In this document: in pieces, positions 26,705 through 32,000 of the stretch | Position numbering within the stretch: the first letter of the stretch is position 1 | Layout: each line of letters begins with the position of its first letter | Assembly (NCBI RefSeq): GCF_000011325.1 | Contig: NC_003450.3 | Location: 1,650,001 to 1,682,000, forward strand | Length of the DNA stretch: 32,000 nucleotides | Source: Corynebacterium glutamicum ATCC 13032 | GTDB lineage: Bacteria > Actinomycetota > Actinomycetes > Mycobacteriales > Mycobacteriaceae | Reading direction: 5' to 3' | Position numbers and translations under genes: made by a program | Notes under the pieces: generated by a model | Database searches by the model: none | What the model was told of the DNA's origin: nothing | What the model saw: the letters and a program-made list of their open reading frames with translations, nothing else

Positions 26705-26718
26705 CTATCGTTCTATAG
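26705..26718 (-). promoter_or_regulatory. AmtR box (distal) in the amt promoter
   Basis: The minus strand reads ATCTATAGAACGATAG, a second exact match to ATCTATAG-N4-ATAG, 36 bp from the first box. Confidence 0.8.
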
Positions 26719-26994
26719 ATTTCTGTTTTTATAACGAAGGTCACGTTTTTAACCCGCACTTACACCACGTCTCCCCAGCCGAAAAATCCCCTATGGCAGC
26801 GTTTTAACCTGCGGTTTTATAGACTCCACGTTCCGTCGGGAAACAGTTCCCCTTTAAAGATGTCCTTAGGGAAAATTGGAATGTATGTGAATTAGGCACC
26901 AAGATTTTCCAATTTTGACCACCACTTTGCCGAAATCTTGGTGTCGAAAGTGCACACCGAGGAACAGTGGGGAGACAACAGGTCGACAAAACCC

Positions 26995-27035
26995 AAAAAA
27001 GCGGCTCCCCTATGAAAAGGGAACCGCTCTTTTTA
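26995..27035 (-). terminator. Rho-independent terminator after secG
   Basis: The minus strand has AGCGGTTCCC ... GGGGAGCCGCT (a 10-bp stem with one mismatch) followed by TTTTTTGGGTTTTG. It lies about 10 nt after the secG stop. Confidence 0.8.
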
Positions 27036-27045
27036 AGCTCGTGTC

Positions 27046-27279
27046 TTATGAATAAGTCTGGATGAGGTTGAGTGCGACAATGCACACAATCCAGATAACG
27101 GCAACCAAAATGGTGACGCGATCCAGGTTCTTTTCAACAACAGTGGAGCCCGAAAGATTGGACTGCACACCGCCACCGAAGAGGCTGGAGAGTCCGCCGC
27201 CTTTGCCCTTGTGCAGCAAGACGAAAACCGTCATGAGCAGGCTGGCGACGACGAGGATGATTTGAAGCGTCAATGCCAT
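27046..27279 (-). CDS. secG: Preprotein translocase subunit SecG
   Basis: 77-aa product from ATG 27279 (MALTLQIILVVASLL...LLHKGKGGGLSSLFGGG), with an AAAGGAA RBS upstream. The 94-aa track ORF is an upstream extension. Confidence 0.88.
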   Translation of the reverse strand: MALTLQIILVVASLLMTVFVLLHKGKGGGLSSLFGGGVQSNLSGSTVVEKNLDRVTILVAVIWIVCIVALNLIQTYS

Positions 27280-27383
27280 GTGGAAAATGTTCCTTTGCCG
27301 TTTGAGAACCCAGGTGAACCTTATGCCCACCTGATTTCGAATAACTTTAGACAGTATACACGAGTACTACCCAGCCGGCTGGA

Positions 27384-30143
27384 CTAGCCGGAGTTGCGCA
27401 GCGCAGTGGAAAGACCGTTCATGGTCAGCTGAATGTTGCGGGACACTTGCTCGCTTTGGTCGCCTTTTCGGTAGCGTCGCATCATCTCTACCTGGATCAC
27501 GTTGAGTGGAAGCAGGTAGGGGTATCGGCGCTGGACAGAGCGTGCGAGAAGTGGGTTGTCATCAAGCAGATCATCAGAGCCGGTGATTACGCAGAACATC
27601 TTCTTGGTCAGGAAGTACTCCTCGCGGATGACGGAATAGACTCGCTCGGCTACTTCCGTATCTGGGATCAGGTCTGCGTAGAGCTTTGCCAAACGCAGCT
27701 CTGCCTTGGACATCACCTGAGCCATGTTATCCAACACTGAGGTGAAAAATGGCCAGGACTCATTGAGTGTTTGCAGCTCGGCAATGCGTTGGGTGGCCTG
27801 CTCCCCTTCGCCAATCCACTGCTCTAATGCGGTTCCGACACCAAACCAGCCTGGCAGCATGACACGAGACTGTGACCAGCTGAGCACCCATGGGATGGCT
27901 CGCAAATCTTCCACCGAGGAGGTCTGCTTGCGTGAGGAAGGCCTGGATCCGATGTTGAGGGATCCAATCTCCTGCAGCGGCGTGGACTGGGTGAAGTAAT
28001 CGATGAAGCCTTGATCCTCGTGCACCAAGGAGGCGTACTTCTTCAAGCTGAGCTCAGAGATCTCACTCATGATGTCGTACGCGCGTTGGTGATCGGTGAG
28101 TTCGGAGACGTCGAGAAGCGATGCCTCAAGCGTGGCTGAGACCAGGGCTTCGAGGTTTCGGCGCGCGGTTTCGGGGTTGCCGTACTTAGCGGAGATGATC
28201 TCGCCCTGCTCGGTGATGCGCACGGAACCTTGGACAGCCCCCCTGGGCTGGGCAAGAATCGCGTCGTAGGAAGGTCCGCCACCGCGGCCGACGGTGCCAC
28301 CACGGCCGTGGAACAGGCGAAGCTTGACCCCGGCTGATCGGCATAGTTCGACGAGCTGCAGTTCCGCGTCGTAAAGCGCCCAGTTTGCGGAGAAATATCC
28401 GCCATCCTTGTTGGAATCGGAGTAACCGAGCATGACTTCCTGGACGTTGTCGCGCTGCAGGAGGTAGTTGCGGTAGAGATCAATTTTCCACAGTTCGTCG
28501 AGGATTCCGGCGCCGGCCTGGAGATCTTCGATGGTTTCGAACAGTGGGATGACATCGACGGTGCCGCGTGGGTTGTCGCCGTTGGCTGCGATGAGTCCGA
28601 ATTCCTTGAGCAACACCATCGGCTCGAGCACATCGGTGACCGATGATGCCATGGAGATGATGCAGTGAGGCACCATCCGTGGCCCGAATTTCTTAACAGC
28701 CTCCGACGCGGTGCGGAAGATGCCGAGCTCGCGGTCGGTGACCTCGCTGTATTCATCTGAACCGTGCGGGATCAGCGGACGAGGGCTGCGCAGTTCCTTC
28801 AGCAGCACCTCAAGCTTCTCTGCTTCAGACAGCTCGCGGTAGTTTGCGGTGACTTGGGCGCGTTCGAAAAGCTCGGTGAGGACGTCCTCGTAGCTTTCGG
28901 AGTTTTGGCGCAGATCCAGTGCGTAAAGGTTGAATCCAAAGCTCTCGATGGCAGAAATCAGCACAGACAAACGATCATCGGCAATGAGAACGTCCTTGGA
29001 TTCACGCAGAGAATGATCAATGGTCAACGCATCGTTTAAGAATTCTTCCGGAGATGCGTATGGAGTAAAGACCTTGAACCACACGCCCTCAACGGCGTCC
29101 TCGCCGATCAGCTCGGCCGTCGTCGCGAGGATACGTCCGCGAACGCCATGGACGGCGCGTCGATAAGGCTCATCCACGCGGCTTGGCACGTCGTTGTGCC
29201 CTGCATCTGCCAGCGCAAGCAGCTGCGGGGTGACCTTATTCATGCGGTCCGACAGGCTGAGCTCATGCTCGAGGGAATGCAGCTGGCGTGCATAGTACTT
29301 GAGCACGGTTTCCGCAGCGCGGTGAGTGGAATACTCAACTGTTTCCGCGGTGACATAAGGGTTACCGTCGTGGTCTCCACCAATCCAGGAACCTGGCTTG
29401 ACCACGGGCTTCAAAGGAACACCCTCGCCGAAACGCTCACGAAGCTCAACAGCCACATCACGGTTGATACGTGGAATCTCTTCCAAAAGGCTCAGCTTGT
29501 AGTAGCGCAGCCCTACTTCGATCTCGTCCTCGATACGTGGGCGGGCCACACGAATCAACGCGGTCTGCCACAAAATGGTGATGCGACGGCGGATGTTCTT
29601 CTCGATCTCATCCAACTTGCTTTGCGTACGAGCGGTAGGCTCCGCAGACTGCAAAGCGTGGCGTTCACGCATGTGGGTGGTGATCCACTTTTGCGCATCA
29701 AAAACAGTGCGGCGGCGAGTCTCAGTTGGGTGCGCAGTCAGAACCGGCGCCACCTCAGCATTGCGCAGCACATCGGCCACAGCTTCTGCGCCAACATTGC
29801 CCTCATTGAGTTTCAGCCAGGTGGCATCAAGAGTGCTGTCCGGAGGGGTGTCGCCTGCATCGAGAGCCTGTTCACGAAGCTCTTCATCGTAGAGGTCTTC
29901 CGCCAGGTTAGCCAGCAGAGCGAAGTGGGAAAATGCGCGAGCAATCGGTGTTGCCTTGGCTGGAGTAATGCCGTCGAAAACCTGAACCAGGCTATCCATT
30001 TCGGCGTTGCCCTTGGCGATATCAAAAGAAGTCAGGCGCGCTTGTTCGACCAGTTCATAAACCTCCTGGCCTTCTTGTTCCGCAATTACCTCACCGAGGA
30101 TTTGACCGAGGAACCTGATGTCATCGCGTAAAAAATCAGTCAT
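27384..30143 (-). CDS. ppc: Phosphoenolpyruvate carboxylase
   Basis: 919-aa product from ATG 30143 (MTDFLRDDIRFLGQILG...). PEPC motifs are VLTAHPTE, GYSDSNKDGG and FHGRGGTVGRGGGP. The 22 extra codons in the track ORF are rejected. Confidence 0.97.
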   Translation of the reverse strand: MTDFLRDDIRFLGQILGEVIAEQEGQEVYELVEQARLTSFDIAKGNAEMDSLVQVFDGITPAKATPIARAFSHFALLANLAEDLYDEELREQALDAGDTPPDSTLDATWLKLNEGNVGAEAVADVLRNAEVAPVLTAHPTETRRRTVFDAQKWITTHMRERHALQSAEPTARTQSKLDEIEKNIRRRITILWQTALIRVARPRIEDEIEVGLRYYKLSLLEEIPRINRDVAVELRERFGEGVPLKPVVKPGSWIGGDHDGNPYVTAETVEYSTHRAAETVLKYYARQLHSLEHELSLSDRMNKVTPQLLALADAGHNDVPSRVDEPYRRAVHGVRGRILATTAELIGEDAVEGVWFKVFTPYASPEEFLNDALTIDHSLRESKDVLIADDRLSVLISAIESFGFNLYALDLRQNSESYEDVLTELFERAQVTANYRELSEAEKLEVLLKELRSPRPLIPHGSDEYSEVTDRELGIFRTASEAVKKFGPRMVPHCIISMASSVTDVLEPMVLLKEFGLIAANGDNPRGTVDVIPLFETIEDLQAGAGILDELWKIDLYRNYLLQRDNVQEVMLGYSDSNKDGGYFSANWALYDAELQLVELCRSAGVKLRLFHGRGGTVGRGGGPSYDAILAQPRGAVQGSVRITEQGEIISAKYGNPETARRNLEALVSATLEASLLDVSELTDHQRAYDIMSEISELSLKKYASLVHEDQGFIDYFTQSTPLQEIGSLNIGSRPSSRKQTSSVEDLRAIPWVLSWSQSRVMLPGWFGVGTALEQWIGEGEQATQRIAELQTLNESWPFFTSVLDNMAQVMSKAELRLAKLYADLIPDTEVAERVYSVIREEYFLTKKMFCVITGSDDLLDDNPLLARSVQRRYPYLLPLNVIQVEMMRRYRKGDQSEQVSRNIQLTMNGLSTALRNSG

Positions 30144-30190
30144 AACTACTTTAAACACTCTTTCACATTGAGGGTGTTGGCGTGCATGAG

Positions 30191-30229
30191 ATAAAAAATC
30201 ACCCAGCAAAACAGGTGTTTAGCTGGGCG
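30191..30229 (-). terminator. Terminator-like hairpin between tpiA and ppc (possible partial terminator inside the cluster)
   Basis: The minus strand has CCCAGC-N14-GCTGGG followed by TGATTTTTTATC. Confidence 0.45.
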
Positions 30230-30282
30230 ATTGATTTCGATGGCTTTCATGGGCTCATCAAAACCGCACTTCTACAGTGCTT

Positions 30283-30334
30283 GTGCTTTAAGGCTGTGCT
30301 TTAAGGCTGTGCTTTAAAGCTCTGTACTTTAAGC
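30283..30334. repeat. Four tandem copies of a 13-bp unit overlapping and following the tpiA stop
   Basis: The plus strand reads GTGCTTTAAGGCT / GTGCTTTAAGGCT / GTGCTTTAAAGCT / CTGTACTTTAAGC. The last unit contains the tpiA stop codon (30329-30331). Confidence 0.9.
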
Positions 30335-31108
30335 AACGCTCGCAGCGTTGGCAGCCAGCTTGGCGAATGCTTCACCGTCGAGGGAAGCGCCACCGACAAG
30401 TCCGCCGTCGACGTCAGGCTGACCGACGATCTCAGCGACGGTTTCTGCCTTAACAGAACCACCGTAAAGAATACGCAGGCCCTCAGCGACCTCGTCGCCT
30501 GCAAGCTCCACGATCAGACCGCGGATAGCCTTGCACACTTCCTGAGCGTCAGCTGCGGAAGCAACCTTACCGGTGCCGATAGCCCACACTGGCTCATACG
30601 CGATAACGGTGTTGGCCAGCTCAGCAGCATCCAGGCCAGCAAGGGACTTACGGGTCTGCTCGACGACGTACTCAACGTGGGTGCCAGCTTCACGGATTTC
30701 CAGTGGCTCACCAACGCAGACGATCGGGCTGATGCCGTTGGACAGAGCTGCCTTTGCCTTCGCAGCAACCAACTCATCAGACTCGTTGTGGTACTCGCGG
30801 CGCTCGGAGTGTCCAACGACAACCCAAGAGCAGTTCAACTTTGCCAGCATGCTTGCAGAAACTTCACCGGTGTACGCACCGGACTCGTGCTGGGAGACGT
30901 CCTGAGCACCGAAAGTGACCTCAAGCTTGTCGCCCTCAACGAGAGTCTGGACGGAGCGGATGTCAGTGAAAGGAACGGTGACTGCAACGTCAACCTTCTC
31001 GAAGTATTCCTTTGGAAGGGCGAATGCAAGCTTCTGAACAGTGCCGATTGCCTGCTGGTGATCCAGGTTCATCTTCCAGTTACCAGCGATAAGTGGCTTA
31101 CGTGCCAT
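30329..31108 (-). CDS. tpiA: Triosephosphate isomerase
   Basis: 259-aa ORF with [15 protein letters not shown] and [11 protein letters not shown]. Confidence 0.97.
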   Translation of the reverse strand: MARKPLIAGNWKMNLDHQQAIGTVQKLAFALPKEYFEKVDVAVTVPFTDIRSVQTLVEGDKLEVTFGAQDVSQHESGAYTGEVSASMLAKLNCSWVVVGHSERREYHNESDELVAAKAKAALSNGISPIVCVGEPLEIREAGTHVEYVVEQTRKSLAGLDAAELANTVIAYEPVWAIGTGKVASAADAQEVCKAIRGLIVELAGDEVAEGLRILYGGSVKAETVAEIVGQPDVDGGLVGGASLDGEAFAKLAANAASVA

Positions 31109-31186
31109 GTGTGAAACACACCTTTCTTAAAAAAGTTTCCCGGTGGCCCTTTATGTTTTGTTTTCTAACAAAGGGCCGTGTCGGAT

Positions 31187-32000
31187 TTACTGAGCGAGAA
31201 TTGCAACGCCTGGGAGTTCCTTGCCTTCAAGGTACTCGAGGGATGCGCCACCACCGGTGGAGATGTGGGAGAAGCCGTCTTCGTTCAGGCCGAGCACGCG
31301 AACGGATGCTGCGGAGTCGCCACCGCCAACAACGGAGAATGCGTCGTTGCCTGCAGTTGCATCGATGATGGCCTGGGCGATGCCGCGGGTGCCTTCAGAG
31401 AATGCTGCGAACTCGAACACGCCCATTGGGCCGTTCCAGAAGATGGTCTTAGCGGTGCTGAGAACCTCACCGAAGTTCTTGACGGACTCTGGTCCGATGT
31501 CAAGAGACATCCAGCCTTCTGGGATGGAGTCCAGGTCAACGATCTGCTTCTCTGCGTCCTTGTTAAATTCGGATGCTGCAACCAGGTCAACTGGGAGAAC
31601 GATCTTGTCACCGAAGCGTGCGAGCAGGTCGGTGCAGGTAGCCTTCATTTCTTCCTGCAGGAGGGACTGCTGAACGTTGTGTCCCTGAGCTGCGAGGAAG
31701 GTGTAGCACATGCCGCCACCGACGATGATCTTGTCAGCCTTGGCAGCCAGCGCCTCAATAACACCGATCTTGTCAGAGACCTTGGATCCACCGAGAACCA
31801 CTACGTATGGTGCCTCTGGTGATTCTGCGATCTTTTCCAGAACGGAAATCTCGGTCTCTACCAGTCCGCCAGCGTAGTGTGGCAGCAACTTTGCAATGTC
31901 GTAGACGGAGGTCTGTGCGCGGTGGACAACACCGAAGCCGTCAGAAACGAATGCGCCGTTGTCTGCTGCAAGAGCTGCGAGCTCCTGAGCGAAAGCGGTG
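31187..32000 (-). CDS. pgk: Phosphoglycerate kinase, C-terminal ~270 codons (gene continues beyond the window end)
   Basis: The frame stays open to position 32000 (upstream residues ...[33 protein letters not shown]). Conserved blocks are GGGDSAA and [15 protein letters not shown]. The track start at 31888 is an internal TTG. Confidence 0.95.
   Translation of the reverse strand, partial: TAFAQELAALAADNGAFVSDGFGVVHRAQTSVYDIAKLLPHYAGGLVETEISVLEKIAESPEAPYVVVLGGSKVSDKIGVIEALAAKADKIIVGGGMCYTFLAAQGHNVQQSLLQEEMKATCTDLLARFGDKIVLPVDLVAASEFNKDAEKQIVDLDSIPEGWMSLDIGPESVKNFGEVLSTAKTIFWNGPMGVFEFAAFSEGTRGIAQAIIDATAGNDAFSVVGGGDSAASVRVLGLNEDGFSHISTGGGASLEYLEGKELPGVAILAQ

Noticed and set aside
26804-27085. 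93-aa minus-strand ORF in the amt-secG spacer, overlapping the secG 3' end and its terminator.
   Set aside because: It overlaps the secG terminator hairpin and the secG coding end in another frame. It has no RBS and no recognisable domain.
27371-27382. 12-bp perfect palindrome CCAGCCGGCTGG right after the ppc stop, considered as a ppc terminator. Also TATACT (minus strand, 27358-27353), considered as a secG promoter -10.
   Set aside because: The palindrome leaves almost no loop and has no U-tract. The -10 call has no supporting -35 or TSS information. Both are too weak to report as features.
30144-30209. 22-codon upstream extension of ppc, and likewise a 17-codon extension of secG (27280-27330).
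   Set aside because: The known PEPC N-terminus begins MTDFLRDDIRFLG at ATG 30143. SecG begins at MALTLQIIL with an RBS upstream. The extensions are read-through of upstream non-coding sequence.
1-32000. Scan for tRNA, rRNA, tmRNA or riboswitch-like conserved elements.
   Set aside because: I could not recognise any cloverleaf-compatible segment, rRNA-like sequence or familiar riboswitch core in the intergenic regions. A covariance-model scan (Infernal/Rfam, tRNAscan-SE) would be needed to be definitive.

Overview
I recognise this window as Corynebacterium glutamicum chromosome, ATCC 13032-like, from several protein sequences (for example PEP carboxylase starting MTDFLRDDIRFLGQILGEV) and from the gene order. 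This identification rests on memory, not on a database search. Most of the window is core housekeeping. On the minus strand it holds the suf Fe-S assembly genes sufR-sufB-sufD-sufC. On the plus strand it holds mptB, a two-gene ABC-2 exporter, and the heme A/O genes ctaA and ctaB with qor between them. The complete pentose-phosphate operon tkt-tal-zwf-opcA-pgl follows. The nitrogen-regulated amt-ocd-soxA operon has two textbook AmtR boxes. The window ends with the tail of the glycolytic cluster pgk-tpiA-ppc-secG. Two parts are accessory. (1) A 1688-bp IS1380-family insertion sequence splits soxA. Its 18-bp inverted repeats and 5-bp target duplication can be read directly, and removing it restores one open frame. 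(2) A lone 783-aa gene (8788-11139) fuses an archaeo-eukaryotic primase (PrimPol-like) domain to an SF2 helicase. It is followed by a 430-bp non-coding stretch with a perfect 21-bp hairpin and degenerate copies of it. This gene is the best candidate for a poorly characterised conflict or DNA-transaction system. It belongs to a widespread family, however, so I rate it as moderately interesting only. Smaller observations are two 13-bp tandem repeat arrays directly after stop codons, paired 25-bp repeats upstream of tkt, and several intra-operon hairpins. I found no tRNA, rRNA or CRISPR array. The many long antisense ORFs in the track are shadows of GC-rich, codon-biased genes.
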